Shown: piece by piece, positions 9,680 through 20,930 of the stretch
Layout of the letters: each line of letters begins with the position of its first letter
How positions within the stretch are numbered: position 1 is the stretch's first letter
NCBI GenBank assembly: GCA_963761305.1
Contig: CAVXGK010000001.1
Span: forward strand, 352,001-416,000
DNA from: an uncultured Gemmatimonadaceae bacterium
GTDB taxonomy: Bacteria; Gemmatimonadota; Gemmatimonadetes; Gemmatimonadales; Gemmatimonadaceae
Reading direction: 5' to 3'
Length of the DNA stretch: 64,000 nt
Position numbers and translations under genes: made by a program
The notes under the pieces: model-generated
What the model was told of the DNA's origin: nothing
What the model saw: only the letters and a program-made list of their open reading frames with translations
Database searches by the model: none

Positions 9680-12292
9680 TCAGCCCCGGAGCGCGATTGT
9701 CGGATCGACTCGCGCCGCGCGCCACGATGGGACGATCGCCGCCGCCAGCGCGACGATGAGCAACGCGGCCGAATCACTGACGAACGTGAGCGGATCGCCG
9801 GCCGTGACGCGATAGAGCATCACTCCCAACAGCCGCGAGAACAGCGCTGCGCCCACGACGCCGATCACGACCGCCAGCGCCGTCAGCCGCACCGCTCGGC
9901 CGGCGACGTGCGCCAGGATGTCGAGCGGGCGTGCGCCCAAGGCCATGCGAACTCCGAGCTCGCGCGTTCGCTGCGCGACATCGTAAGCAATGAGTCCGTA
10001 CAAGCCGACCACGGCGATCGTCATCGTCAGAATGGCCAACACGCCGAGCATGCCGGCCATCATCGCGAACGGTGAGACGTGCCGCGCTTGCATGTCGGCC
10101 ATCGTCATCATCTCGCCGACGGCGACGGAAGGATTCGTGCGCGCGACGACTCGCCGCAGCGCGTCCCGCATTCGGTCAGGTTCGCCCGCCGTCCAGGCGG
10201 CGATCGTTCCATATGATACGGGTTCTTGCAGGATTGACCGGTAAATGGTGTATCGCATCGGCTCGTCGAGCCCGCCGTGATGGACGTTCGACGCCACCCC
10301 GACGATCGTCCACGGCGCGCTGTCGATCGTCACCTCCTGCCCGATCGCGCCTTCGCGCGGCCAGAACGCGTCGGCCATCATCTGGTTGATGACCACGACG
10401 TGCTTCGAGCCCGGCACGTCCTGCTCGCCGATCATGCGCCCCGCCGTCACGTGAAAGCCCGAGGCCTCGTCGTACTTCGGCGTCACGTGCTGATCGATCG
10501 CCGACAGCTCTCGCCCCTTCGCCGCCGGCGCGCGCCCGGGAATCTGAAAGACCGTCCCGTTGAAGTTGTTGCTCAGCGGCGTCGTCGTGGCGACGCCCGC
10601 GGCGCGGATGCCGGGCGCCGTCCGGAAGTTCTCATTGAGCCGTCGATAGAACTCGACCATCGCCGAATCGCTCGTGCCGCGCGGCAACGAGAACTGCGCG
10701 ACCAGGGTGTGATCGATCCGCACGCCGGCGTTGCCGCGGATCATGTTCCGAACGCTGCGGGCGAGCAGGCTCGCCGCCGTGAGCAGCACGAGTGTCGTGC
10801 TCACCTCGAGCACGATCAACGCTGCTCGTGTTCGCGCCGAGTTGACCCCGCCGGTGCTGGCGCGGCCGCCGTCGGTGAGGACGCTCGTGAGGTCGACCCG
10901 CGTCGCCCTCACGACAGGAAGAACGCCGAACGCCACGACCGCGAGTACGGCGCTCACGAGCGCGAACACGAGGGCGCCGGCGTCGAGATCGAGCCGCGCC
11001 CAGCCGGGCAGGAACGCCGCGAAGCTCGACGGAATCGCCCCTCGGATCGCGTGCACCGCTACTCGTGCGAGAGCCGCTCCGAGCACCGATGCGACCAACG
11101 ACAGCAGCAGCGCCTCCGTAAGGAGATGCCGCGCCAGGCGCCACCGTCGAACGCCCAACGCGGCGCGGAGCGCGAGCTCGTGACGCCGAGCGGCCATGCG
11201 CGACAGAGCGAGGTTGGCGGCGCTCAGACATGCAGCCAGGAACACGAGCAGCGCGGCGAGCGCTGAGATGCGTTCGAGAATGACTACATCGTCGGTGTGA
11301 AAATCCGCGATCGGCCTCGCCGTCAACACCCACCCACTGTCCGTCGCCGGCGACTCTCGCGCCAACTGCGCCCCAACCACGCGCGCCTCGGCCGCGGCGG
11401 ACGCCAGCGTGGCGTTGGGCGCCAGCCGGCCGAACGCCATATAGGTTCGTGACCCGTACGCCGATGACTCACTGGCGCGCGGCACGAATGGCGCGTAGGC
11501 ATCGGCGGCCATTGGGAACACGACGTCTTTGGCCAGCACGCCCGTTACGCGATACGCGACGTCATTCAACGTGATGGTCGAGTCGATCACGCCGCGGCGA
11601 CCGCCAAACTGGTCCTGCCAGAATGCGTACGAGAGCACGACGAGTTCCGGTCCACCAGACTTGCCCGCATCGCGCGGGAATCCAGTCCCGGCGGCGAGCG
11701 GCGCCTCGATCAGGTCCAACGCATTCGGCGTCAGTCTGTAGCCGCGAACGAGAACGCTGCCGTCGGCCGTGCGCAGCGACGTCGTCCAACCGTAAGCGCC
11801 GATCGGAGTGATCGACGGAGCCCGCGCGCCCAGCGCGGCAAAGCCTGCGGGGGAGAGTTCGGTGCAATCCGGCGCGCAGTTCGCGTTGGTCTGCGTGATC
11901 CACACGAGTCTGTGCTGCGGCAGTCGCGGGAACGGATCGTGGATCGCGTGCGACAGACTGTACGTCGAGGCGGCGGCACCGATGCCGATGGCCAATGAGA
12001 TGACGACAGCCACGCTGTACGCCGGGCTCCGGGCCAACGCCCGCACACCATGTCGCGTGTCTTGCGCGAGATGGTCGAGCCACGTCCACCGCCATATCTC
12101 GCGCACGGCCTCGGTCGCGACGGTGACATTTCCGAATCGGCGCCGCGCTTTCAACGACGCGTCGGACGCCGTTGCCTTCGATGCATCGAACGACTCGGCT
12201 TCGAGTGCGAGATGGTCGCGCAGCTCGCGCGCGATCTCGGCGTCAGTCGGCGAATCGCGGTGCGTGAAGCGTGCGAGGACGCGGCGAAGCAT
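9680..12292 (-). CDS. ADOP-like duplicated ABC permease
   Basis: ARRRFGN N-terminus; two MacB/FtsX halves; RTRELGVRMALGA. Confidence 0.92.
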   Translation of the reverse strand: MLRRVLARFTHRDSPTDAEIARELRDHLALEAESFDASKATASDASLKARRRFGNVTVATEAVREIWRWTWLDHLAQDTRHGVRALARSPAYSVAVVISLAIGIGAAASTYSLSHAIHDPFPRLPQHRLVWITQTNANCAPDCTELSPAGFAALGARAPSITPIGAYGWTTSLRTADGSVLVRGYRLTPNALDLIEAPLAAGTGFPRDAGKSGGPELVVLSYAFWQDQFGGRRGVIDSTITLNDVAYRVTGVLAKDVVFPMAADAYAPFVPRASESSAYGSRTYMAFGRLAPNATLASAAAEARVVGAQLARESPATDSGWVLTARPIADFHTDDVVILERISALAALLVFLAACLSAANLALSRMAARRHELALRAALGVRRWRLARHLLTEALLLSLVASVLGAALARVAVHAIRGAIPSSFAAFLPGWARLDLDAGALVFALVSAVLAVVAFGVLPVVRATRVDLTSVLTDGGRASTGGVNSARTRAALIVLEVSTTLVLLTAASLLARSVRNMIRGNAGVRIDHTLVAQFSLPRGTSDSAMVEFYRRLNENFRTAPGIRAAGVATTTPLSNNFNGTVFQIPGRAPAAKGRELSAIDQHVTPKYDEASGFHVTAGRMIGEQDVPGSKHVVVINQMMADAFWPREGAIGQEVTIDSAPWTIVGVASNVHHGGLDEPMRYTIYRSILQEPVSYGTIAAWTAGEPDRMRDALRRVVARTNPSVAVGEMMTMADMQARHVSPFAMMAGMLGVLAILTMTIAVVGLYGLIAYDVAQRTRELGVRMALGARPLDILAHVAGRAVRLTALAVVIGVVGAALFSRLLGVMLYRVTAGDPLTFVSDSAALLIVALAAAIVPSWRAARVDPTIALRG

Positions 12293-12295
12293 CGC

Positions 12296-12649
12296 TCAGC
12301 TCTCGGCCGCCGGCCGCATGACGCGCCCGATCGCATCCACGAGGTCGTTCCACTTGGACTGCACCCGCGTCAGCTCGCGGCGCCCGGCCGCGGTGAGTCG
12401 ATAGTACTTGAGCTCTCGCTGGCTTCCCGTGGCCGTCTCCCACTTGGACGAGATCAAGCCGCCGCGCTGCAGCCGATGCAGCGCCGGATAGAGCGATCCG
12501 TGCTCCACGACGAGCGAGTCACCGGTCGTCTGCCGGATGTAGGTCGCGATGCCGTGGCCGTGCGTCGGGCCGAAGAGCAGCGTCTTGAGCACCAGCATGT
12601 CGAGCGTGCCTTGCAGGAGCTCGAGTCGTTCGGCGGACCGACGGGGCAT
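12296..12649 (-). CDS. PadR-family regulator
   Basis: LLQGTLDMLVLK, HGHGI, GSLYPALHRL, YYRLT. Confidence 0.93.
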   Translation of the reverse strand: MPRRSAERLELLQGTLDMLVLKTLLFGPTHGHGIATYIRQTTGDSLVVEHGSLYPALHRLQRGGLISSKWETATGSQRELKYYRLTAAGRRELTRVQSKWNDLVDAIGRVMRPAAES

Positions 12650-12660
12650 TTTCTCTGTGG

Positions 12661-12697
12661 TGGTAGGACGTCTACCAAACTGGTAGACATCCTACCA
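12661..12697. promoter_or_regulatory. Putative PadR operator (17-bp inverted repeat)
   Basis: TGGTAGGACGTCTACCA-aac-TGGTAGACATCCTACCA directly upstream of padR. Confidence 0.7.
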
Positions 12698-13275
12698 CTG
12701 CTGCTTTGCTTGGGCAAGGACGGGGCGATGCGCACACTGTCGCCCGTGGCGACGATCAGGTGGCCCGCCGGGTCGTTGAACCGACGATTTAGCAAAGAAA
12801 TATTAATCGCGCGTGCGCGATGGATTCACGAGCGAAGGCCAACAATCGGCCTCGCGTTCGCGTTCTTATCGGAGAGCCGCCAATGTCGAAGCCTCGAACA
12901 CGCTGTCTCCGCCTGGAACTCCCGCTGAGCGTTCTGGTGATCGCCGCCACGGCCGGTTGTTCCGGCTCGATTCACGGTGCGTTAGAGTGCGCGCCGGCGG
13001 TGCCAGCTGACAGGCGCTGCATCGGACGAGATTCCGGCCTCTCGACGCGCCACTAAGGATTGCTAATGCGCCGGACCGGCTGCCGAAGGGATCATTGCCT
13101 CTCGGCCGTGGTAAAGCGTCACGGCGAGCAACCCTCGATGCTCGAGAACGATCGGCTTCGAAAACGATCCGTCTATGGAAGTCAGGGCTCCGGCCTCCCA
13201 GCCGTGTCGGACCTCTGCGGCGTCGGTCGTCCGCATGCGTCGAATAGTGTGAGTACCTGAGAAGGTGTCGGCAGA

Positions 13276-15502
13276 GTGATCGAACAATTGGAAGCCCTGA
13301 AACGAGCCGTACGCGTTGCAGCCTCGGCCGTAGCCATCGTGGTGGCAGTGTCCTGCGGGGGAGCGGAACGCGACGGCGGAGGTACGGGTCCGACGTCCAC
13401 GCCGACCATCGCGCTCGCGACGACGACTCAGCTCTTCACCGCGAATGTCGGAAGCAGGCAGCCCCGCGCCCCAGTCGATCACCATAACCAACGGCGGAAG
13501 CGGCACCCTCAGCGGTTTGGCCGCCGGCCCGGTGGCCTACGGCTCCGGCCAATCGACGGGTTGGCTGGCCACGAGCCTGAGCGGTACGTCCGCTCCAGCG
13601 ACGCTTACTCTCAGCGCCACCGTCGGGACTCTGGCGGCCGGCACGTATACGGCGACCGTGCCAATTACGTCGTCGGCGCCCGGCGTCACGAACAGTCCGC
13701 TGTCGCTCACGGCCACGTTCACGGTCACGACCGGCGGCGCGGGAACCACGCTGACAGTGGCCGGGCAATCGGTGGCGTTTCTCAGCTCGCCCGGGTTCAG
13801 CGCGCCGCTCACGCTCCAAGCGGGATCACAGTATCTGATTGCCGTCGTCAACACGGACAATTCCTATACATCGCAGGAAGATTTCACGCTGTCGGGAACG
13901 TTCAGCAGCGCGTCTTCGTCCCGCGTCGCTCCGGTCACGCCGCCTGTCTCGTTGTCCAAGACCGCGGCGCTGGGGTCAGCGCTCTCCGTTCCCAGCCTGC
14001 CGCCCTCGCTAAAGGCAATGCGCTCGGCGTTGCTGAGCCACACGGCCATGCTCGAGGAGAATCGCAAGACCTTCGCGCGCATGGGCAACCCGCTCGCGGC
14101 ATGGGCAAAGGCGCGCGCGCAGATGAACGGACGCGCGCTCCCCGCCAGCGCGGCGGCGGTGGTATCGCCGACCGCCGGCTCGGTGAGCAAGGTATACGTG
14201 CGCAACTCGATCACCGGCGGTTCGTGCACGGCGGTTGACTCGATCGGTGCGCGCGCCGTGGCAGTGGGACAACACGTGATCGTACTTGCCGACACCAACA
14301 GGCGCACCTGGCCCGACAGCCTGCGGCCCGATTCGTCGTGGTACCAGACGTTCGTCTCGGAGTACGACGCGCTCACGTACCCGCATATCCTCAACAACAT
14401 CGGCAACCCGCTCGGCCTGGACCAATCGCTCTCCAGGCTGGGCAAGATCAGCGTCGTCATCACGCCCGTGTTGAACAACTTTCCCGGCAACGGCGGCTCG
14501 GTGGTGGCGTTCGTGAACGGCTGCGACTTCTTCCCGTTCGCGACCAGCGGAATCAACGCCGACTACAGCAACCAGACCGAGATGTTCTACTCGTGGGTTC
14601 CCGGGAGCGACGGCTACACGGTGGCCGACTGGGAAGCGGGCCTCCGCGCGACGGCGGCCCACGAGTCCAAGCACATCGTCTCGTACACCGATCGCATCCT
14701 CAACAACAGCCCGGTGTTCGAGGAGATCTGGCTGGAGGAGGGCTTGGCGCAGGAGTCTTCGGAGATCTGGGAACGCAACTTCAATCAGGCCACCTGGCTG
14801 GGGCACGCGACGTTCGTTCAAACAGTTGGATGCGAGATCCCACTCGGTGCCAGCGTGCCGTGCGATCAGGCGAACAGTAAGCCGTACGCGCTCTTGGCCA
14901 GCCATCTGCCGTTCTTCTGGGACTACCTGTCGGCGGAGAACTCGAACTCCGAAGGGCTCGGCCTGGACACGCCCTCCAACTACGGCGCCGGCTGGACGAT
15001 CGCGCGCTGGGCCACCGATCAGTACGCGCAGGGCACCGGTGAGGCAGCGTTCATCAAGTCGCTCATCAACGATCCGTCGCTCAGCGGGCTCGCGAACTTG
15101 AGCGCGCATACGGGTCAATCAGTCGCGACGCTGCTCGTCTACTGGAATCTCGCCACCGCGATCTTCCAGACGCCCAGTTACACGGCGGCCGACGTGCGCA
15201 CGACGATTCCGAGCTTCAACTTCGCCGACATCTTCAACGTCGGGCAAACCAAGCTCACGTGCGACGGCACGCCATGCGGCATCTTCACCGACGCGGGTTC
15301 CCCCGTGTACCCCATCCAGCCGATCACCATCACCCCCGGCGCGTTCACGAAGACGGTGCGAGCCGTGCCGGGCACATCGGCGTCGTTCTTCCTGCTCTCC
15401 GGCGCGACGGCGGGAACGGAAACGCTCCAACTGCTCGGTGGCAACGGTGGCGCGCTGTCCCCGAACAGCGGTCTCCGCATCGCCATTCTGCGGGTGCAGT
15501 AG
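13276..15502 (+). pseudogene. Lipoprotein Zn-metallopeptidase-like protein; signal peptide and body in different frames (shift near 13448)
   Basis: Lipobox VAVSC in ORF 13276; the body (13445..15502) has an Ig-like repeat and HESKH...EEGLA. Confidence 0.7.
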
Positions 15503-16002
15503 TGCGTCGGCGTGAGCGCCACGCGGCGCGGCTGTGCGTGGTGCTGGCGGTGAGTCTCATCGTTCCCGCGTGTCACCGCGCGTCCGCCGGCACGCCCGAT
15601 GGACCGCGCACGCTGGTGGATTCGCTCGAGGGCGTGGTCCACGTGGCGGGATCGGACCCATTCCCGCAGACGACGCTGGCGCCGGACAACGGGGGCCGAG
15701 CTGTCGCGCTCGACGGGCCGGCATCGCTGCGGCATCTAGACGGCTTGCGGATTGCCGCCGTTGGGGCGCTGACGGGAAATCACCTTGCCGTCGCGCGATT
15801 CACCGTGCTTGCCGCCAACGGCGTTGCTGCCACGGACGGCACGCTCGCTCTGAGCAGAGATTCGCTCGTACTCGTCACGGCGACCGGCAAGCGATACGTA
15901 CTGGTGAATCCCTCTCCCGTTCTGCGCGCCAACGTCGGGCATCGCGTCTGGGTGTCGGGGCCTCTCGACAGGGAGCCGGTGGCGTACGGCATCATAGACT
16001 GA
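15502..16002 (+). CDS. Hypothetical lipoprotein
   Basis: GTG overlapping the upstream stop; hydrophobic leader ending VPAC. Confidence 0.65.
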   Translation: MRRRERHAARLCVVLAVSLIVPACHRASAGTPDGPRTLVDSLEGVVHVAGSDPFPQTTLAPDNGGRAVALDGPASLRHLDGLRIAAVGALTGNHLAVARFTVLAANGVAATDGTLALSRDSLVLVTATGKRYVLVNPSPVLRANVGHRVWVSGPLDREPVAYGIID

Positions 16003-16220
16003 GTTTCGCCGAGTGATTTGACGACCAGACCGCGACGCAGTGATCACCTCGGTCCGGTGAACGCGACGGACGTGTAACGATCGCGGAGTCGGACGCCCGC
16101 TCGACAGGTCGCCTGGCCGCCCCCCGACCTCGATTGCGTGAGAGAGATACGCCCCACACTGAGGGCGCGGGCGACGCCGACAATGCGGACACGCCCACCA
16201 CGCGATTTCCTCGGAGACAT

Positions 16221-17063
16221 ATGATGCAACGAACAACGCACCTTTGGGCGCTTCTATTTGTCGCGCCCATGATCCTCGCCGGCTGCGACGACGCGAGCCA
16301 GATCACGAGCCGGATCCTCCAACCGCCAGGCGGTCACGGCGGACCGAACGCTCCCGCCTACGAGAAGACGCTCGACCAGAAGCATGACGTGCAGATCGTC
16401 AAGGCGACGGGCGACATTGCCGCGGCAGTCGCGCAGTATCGCGCGTTGCTCGGCGAGCCCAACAACGGCGCTGTCGCAACAGAGTTTGGGCAAGGCCGGC
16501 GCGAGATCAACTGGGACGGCGCGGCGGTCCCGACCAATACCGATGCCTTTCCCGGCAACTTCTTCAATGTGAATTCGCCGCGGGGTGTGGTGTTCACGAC
16601 CGATGGCTCGGGCTTCCGGGTCAGCGACAACGGCTACACCGACGTGAATCCGAATTATGCCGGCGAGTTCAACACGTTCAGCCCGCCGAAGCTGTTCGTG
16701 GCTGTGGGAAGCACGGTCATCGACGTTCAGTTCTTCGCTGCTGGGACGACCAAGCCGGCGTCGGTGACCGGTTTTGGGTCGGTGTTCGCCGACGTCGGGC
16801 GCGCCCACTCGACGACCATCGAGTACTTCGACGCCGCCGGCCGTTCGCTGTTGAAGGTTGCCGCCCCCCGCCGCAGCGACGACAGGGGTCTCTCCTTCCT
16901 CGGCGCGATGTTCAAGTCGCCAGTCGTCGCCCGCGTTCGGATCGAGGTGGGCGACACCCCGATCGGCGCCGCCAATGACGACAACGTGAAGGGCGCAGGC
17001 CACAAGCACGATATCGTCGCGACCGACGACTTCTTTTACGGCGAGCCGCACGCAATCAAGTAG
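16221..17063 (+). CDS. Hypothetical lipoprotein
   Basis: RBS GGAGA; lipobox LAGC; RREINWDG motif. Confidence 0.75.
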   Translation: MMQRTTHLWALLFVAPMILAGCDDASQITSRILQPPGGHGGPNAPAYEKTLDQKHDVQIVKATGDIAAAVAQYRALLGEPNNGAVATEFGQGRREINWDGAAVPTNTDAFPGNFFNVNSPRGVVFTTDGSGFRVSDNGYTDVNPNYAGEFNTFSPPKLFVAVGSTVIDVQFFAAGTTKPASVTGFGSVFADVGRAHSTTIEYFDAAGRSLLKVAAPRRSDDRGLSFLGAMFKSPVVARVRIEVGDTPIGAANDDNVKGAGHKHDIVATDDFFYGEPHAIK

Positions 17064-17242
17064 TCGACGGACCCAATCGACATCGCACGGACGTTGGATG
17101 CGGTGTCGATTGTGGCGTGGCCGTTTGCGGATTGTCGCGTCTGTCTAGGACGGCCGAGTATCGCCGCGTCACAGTGGCACAGTCGTGACCCGGCCGACAC
17201 CACAGTAGGGGCGCGCCCGCCTTTCTTCCTGGCAACGGAGGA

Positions 17243-17986
17243 ATGCTCGTGGACGCCAGTGTGCTGAAGATCGAGCTCGTCGTGTTCGGCTTCGAGGGAA
17301 CCACCATTCGGCCGGACTCTGCCCAGAATGACTGCCTTCGCAAGGCCCTCATCGCCGCCAACGTTCCGGTGACGCGGGAGTCCGTGATCGGGCTGGCTGG
17401 TGTTCCGATACGCGTTGCCATCCGCGAGTCGATCTCGCGGTTCATCGGACCCGAGCACGCGACCGGCGAGCGCGTCAGCGAAATACACGCCGATTTTCTC
17501 CATCGCGTCACGGATCACTACCGGCGCGGCGCCGCGATCGAACCGATGCCGCACGCCGAGGAGACCCTGGTGCGTCTCAAGCACGCCGGCGTTCGTCTCG
17601 CGTTGGTGTCCACGCTTGGCCGGATTGTCTTCGACGCCATGCTCGATCGCCTGGGCTGGCGAACGACTCGCCTGATCGACGCGACGGTGGCCGCGGATGA
17701 AGTTGGACGGAGCCGCCCCTACCCGGACTCCGTGATCCGCGCCATGACACTCACGCGCGTCCGTCGGACGGAGGCGGTGGCGTCGGTGGGAGACACGCCG
17801 GTCGATCTGGAAATGGGCGCCGCGTCGGAATGCGGCCTCGTCGTGGGACTGATGAACGGTTCACACGGCGCGGAGCACTTGCGACAATTTCCGCACACGC
17901 ACCTCGTCTCGCACCTCGGCGTGCTGCCGCGATTGGTCATCGGGCATGGCCTCATACAGGCGTGGACGGGAGTCGCCGGGGATTGA
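17243..17986 (+). CDS. HAD-family (phosphonatase-like) hydrolase with degenerate motif I
   Basis: LVVFGFEGT instead of FDxxGT; SRPYPD; VGDTPVD. Confidence 0.75.
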   Translation: MLVDASVLKIELVVFGFEGTTIRPDSAQNDCLRKALIAANVPVTRESVIGLAGVPIRVAIRESISRFIGPEHATGERVSEIHADFLHRVTDHYRRGAAIEPMPHAEETLVRLKHAGVRLALVSTLGRIVFDAMLDRLGWRTTRLIDATVAADEVGRSRPYPDSVIRAMTLTRVRRTEAVASVGDTPVDLEMGAASECGLVVGLMNGSHGAEHLRQFPHTHLVSHLGVLPRLVIGHGLIQAWTGVAGD

Positions 17987-18292
17987 TGAATTCATAAATG
18001 GACAGGCGAAGCCGCTGCTTCCATCGCTCGCTGGTCAGGTGCAGCGCACGCTAGAGAGCACGCACGACGAACTCTCATGGGACTACCGTAATAGTGGCCG
18101 CCGCGATCATATCGCCACCGATAACGTAGCGCGGCGTGACGACGGCCCGGCCGACCCGTAACCCGGTGATGCGGGCCTGAATCGAGTCAATCGGGCTCAC
18201 GGATACCACAGATGAATCCGAAATGAGCCAAAGGTACTGGCGCGGCGGCGGATGCTCAGGCTCGCCAACACAGAAGCCATAGGACTGACCTG

Positions 18293-18451
18293 CTAGTACG
18301 GCACGGAGGCTCCGACTCTGATGGTGGCGGTATCGGGAACCGTCTCAGCGACTCTCTCGAGGCCGGCGCACGTCGTGACCGAATCGTGGCATCCGGCGAA
18401 TGAGAACGCTAGAGCAACGAGACCAGCCGAGACGCACTCCGCAACTCTCAT
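18293..18451 (-). pseudogene. Short lipoprotein-like ORF, probably truncated
   Basis: RBS AAGGAG; MRVAECVSAGLVALAFSFAGC lipobox; 52 aa. Confidence 0.4.
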
Positions 18452-18479
18452 CTCCTTAGCAACTCCGATGTGCTCTCCG

Positions 18480-18680
18480 AGAGAGTTTAGGCAGCGACCC
18501 TACACGGCGAGATTGCGCGTTATGCTGCGAACCAATTGTCTGATAATCTCACCCGTCGCCTCGATGCACCGCGCCAAGCGATTGCGCAATGCGAGCTTCC
18601 AGCTGAAGCTCGCAACGACATGAGAGTATCATACTGCGAAACGCTCGCGGTATGACGCGCACCGGGGTCGGTTTGCGCGC
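18480..18680 (-). other. Degenerate third copy of the attI-like element
   Basis: Colinear with 55810-55996: GTTATGCTGCGAA, GATAATCT, ACGACATGAGAG, palindrome TCATACTGCGA-N5-TCGCGGTATGA, GTTTGCGC. Confidence 0.7.
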
Positions 18681-18811
18681 CGAGTGACGCTCGAGGACCG
18701 GTGCAGCACTCAGACGCGGCAGTGGGTTACAAACCGGCCGCTGATCGGTGACTCATCGGTCGGTGGCCAAGTTGAGCTGACACCAGACCCACTCTCGCTT
18801 GCGGAGTACTC

Positions 18812-19576
18812 ATGCCTGTCCTCGTTCGCCGGCATTCCAATATCCGGTGCATTCTCGCGCTCATGCTGGCCGGCCTGGCTGGGTCGACCTGCGGAACGGA
18901 CATCACCGCCTCGACGACGACCGAGGCCATCCAGCTCACCGCCGCGCAGCTCGCCTCTCTGGACAGCACAGGGCAGGTGCTCGTCGAACACAATCCCGCG
19001 AGTCCCGAGCTCGAGGCGCTGCTCGATTCGACATTGCAAACGTTGACCGCTGGCGTGGAGGCCAAGCGCCTCGCCATCACGACGAACCTCACGAGCGCCC
19101 CGCTCTATTTCGTCGGCATCCACCGGCTTGTGTTCTACCCCATCTCCGGCAGCCTCGGCGGCAGCTTCTCGACCTGGACGCTCCTCGGCTTCGACGACCC
19201 ATCACACCTCGTGAACCTCGTCGAAGTGAGCGGGTTTGCGCATGCCGGGAGCGGTCCGGCTCCGGCTACCATCTCCGGCACAATCGGCGACGGCACCGGA
19301 TTCGTCAACGCACTGTTCCTCCGGGTCGGAACCGGCGGTGCGGTCACCGAGTGGCTCGCCAACGGCGGCACTGTGAGCTTCCGTTCCGATTCGTCGGCAA
19401 CGGGGGCCGCCTGCCCGGGCTTCACGCGTACGGCCGTCTCGTGTTCGATCGAGACGGTGCACGTGCACTTCAACGCGACAGCGGCGAGCGGTACCGGGGG
19501 AGCTGGCCCACGGCAGGCCACGATCTCGACGGACGTCGACGTGCCGACGATGCAGTTGACCTATTTGTACCCCTGA
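18812..19576 (+). CDS. Hypothetical secreted protein or lipoprotein
   Basis: Hydrophobic leader followed by TC; S/T/G-rich body. Confidence 0.65.
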   Translation: MPVLVRRHSNIRCILALMLAGLAGSTCGTDITASTTTEAIQLTAAQLASLDSTGQVLVEHNPASPELEALLDSTLQTLTAGVEAKRLAITTNLTSAPLYFVGIHRLVFYPISGSLGGSFSTWTLLGFDDPSHLVNLVEVSGFAHAGSGPAPATISGTIGDGTGFVNALFLRVGTGGAVTEWLANGGTVSFRSDSSATGAACPGFTRTAVSCSIETVHVHFNATAASGTGGAGPRQATISTDVDVPTMQLTYLYP

Positions 19577-19719
19577 CGACCCGCCACGCGGCCCGATGCG
19601 CTCTGGCGCTACGCCGAGTTCGGAAAGGCAAACCCTGTGGCGACAACCAGGCGGAGCATCTGAAACGAGCAACCGGACCCGACCGCCGCGCTGCCGCGAG
19701 ATCGCCGCAGCCCCCTACG

Positions 19720-19869
19720 TCAGATCGGGCGTCGCCCTTGAATGACGCGAAGGAGCACCACGACGACGGCGATGACGAGCAGCAAGTGGATCAGCCCACC
19801 GCCAACGTGAAATGCCAGGAAGCCGAGCGCCCAAAGGACGACGAGTACTACAGCCAAGGCGTAAAGCAT
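19720..19869 (-). CDS. Small membrane protein (lmo0937-like)
   Basis: MLYALAVVLVVLWALGFLAFHVGGGLIHLLLVIAVVVVLLRVIQGRRPI; RBS AAGGAG; below the ORF track cutoff. Confidence 0.85.
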   Translation of the reverse strand: MLYALAVVLVVLWALGFLAFHVGGGLIHLLLVIAVVVVLLRVIQGRRPI

Positions 19870-19999
19870 GGATTCAACTCCTTATGTCTCGAGTCGACGC
19901 ACCAAGGAGCAACAGTCGTACCGGACGAGCGCAGCCCTTGGTCGAGGGCTTCCAACGGACGTTCAGCCGTCGCATGAGCGTCCACTCCGAAACGGAGGC

Positions 20000-20752
20000 T
20001 CACCGACACCCCGCTACAGCAATCCTGCGAAAGACCTCCGTCCAAGGCGGAGCCGGGGTCGAACGCGTAAACGTGGCGCGCCACTCCCGCTCGAGAGTAG
20101 CGACGTGAACTCCGAGAATCCTCTCGATTTGGTCGTCGCGATCGGCCTGCCAGAGCGCCCGGAGCTGCGCCCTGCCGTAAACGCGCTCGATGTAGTCGAT
20201 GAGGCTCGCCGCTTCGATCGAATAAATCGCCCCGGTCTCCCAGCCAGCGTTGAAATGATGCCAGAGGGTATCGAGCGGGACGAGCCTGCCCTCCCGGCTC
20301 AGCTCCGCCGCGATTGCTCCCAGCTCCTGGCCGCCGCACTCACGCGTGATGAGCGTGCCGGTACCCTCGGCCATCCACATCAATGCCGGCGGTCCCCAGA
20401 GGCGGCCCGAGAGCAAGTGCATGACCTCATGCCGCAAGGGCGGAGTCATTGAATCATTCCCGACCATGAAGGACACGCCATGCGCTGGATCGGCCTCACC
20501 GAAGGCCAAGCCGCCGGCGAGCGGAGCGATTTCACTGTCGGTTCCGACGACGAAGAGTTGAAGCTTCGGGCCAGAGAATTTCTCGCCGAGAAATTCGAGC
20601 CCTTCCTGGACGGCCGCTTCCGCATCTCGCGGCAACTCGTGAGCAAGCGTCTCTGCGCGTGAGCCAGATAGTATGTAGAGATCCGAATGATCCGTCGATT
20701 GGCGGCGCCACCGATACCCAGGCCATGCGAGTGCCTCTGAAGCGCTCTTCAT
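20000..20752 (-). CDS. Zincin/peptidase MA-like protein
   Basis: LRHEVMH...WMAEG; the true start may lie upstream. Confidence 0.7.
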   Translation of the reverse strand: MKSASEALAWPGYRWRRQSTDHSDLYILSGSRAETLAHELPRDAEAAVQEGLEFLGEKFSGPKLQLFVVGTDSEIAPLAGGLAFGEADPAHGVSFMVGNDSMTPPLRHEVMHLLSGRLWGPPALMWMAEGTGTLITRECGGQELGAIAAELSREGRLVPLDTLWHHFNAGWETGAIYSIEAASLIDYIERVYGRAQLRALWQADRDDQIERILGVHVATLEREWRATFTRSTPAPPWTEVFRRIAVAGCR

Positions 20753-20861
20753 GCCGGTCGCGCGCTGTGGATTGCCGCGGTCGGACGTCGCGCGGTTTGC
20801 TAGAACAGCCAGCGATCACCATCAGGCATCCGACAACCAGCATACCGGCGCACTGGCGGCC

Positions 20862-20930
20862 GCTGATGTATTCGGCAAGGGCGCCGAGTTGATTGACGGC
20901 GTGCTCCGTCCAGCGGAGCTCGCGCCTCAC
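20862..20930 (-). pseudogene. Truncated RelE/ParE-type toxin
   Basis: MRRELRWTEHAVNQLGALAEYIS, then unrelated sequence; GTGA-coupled to the antitoxin. Confidence 0.6.
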
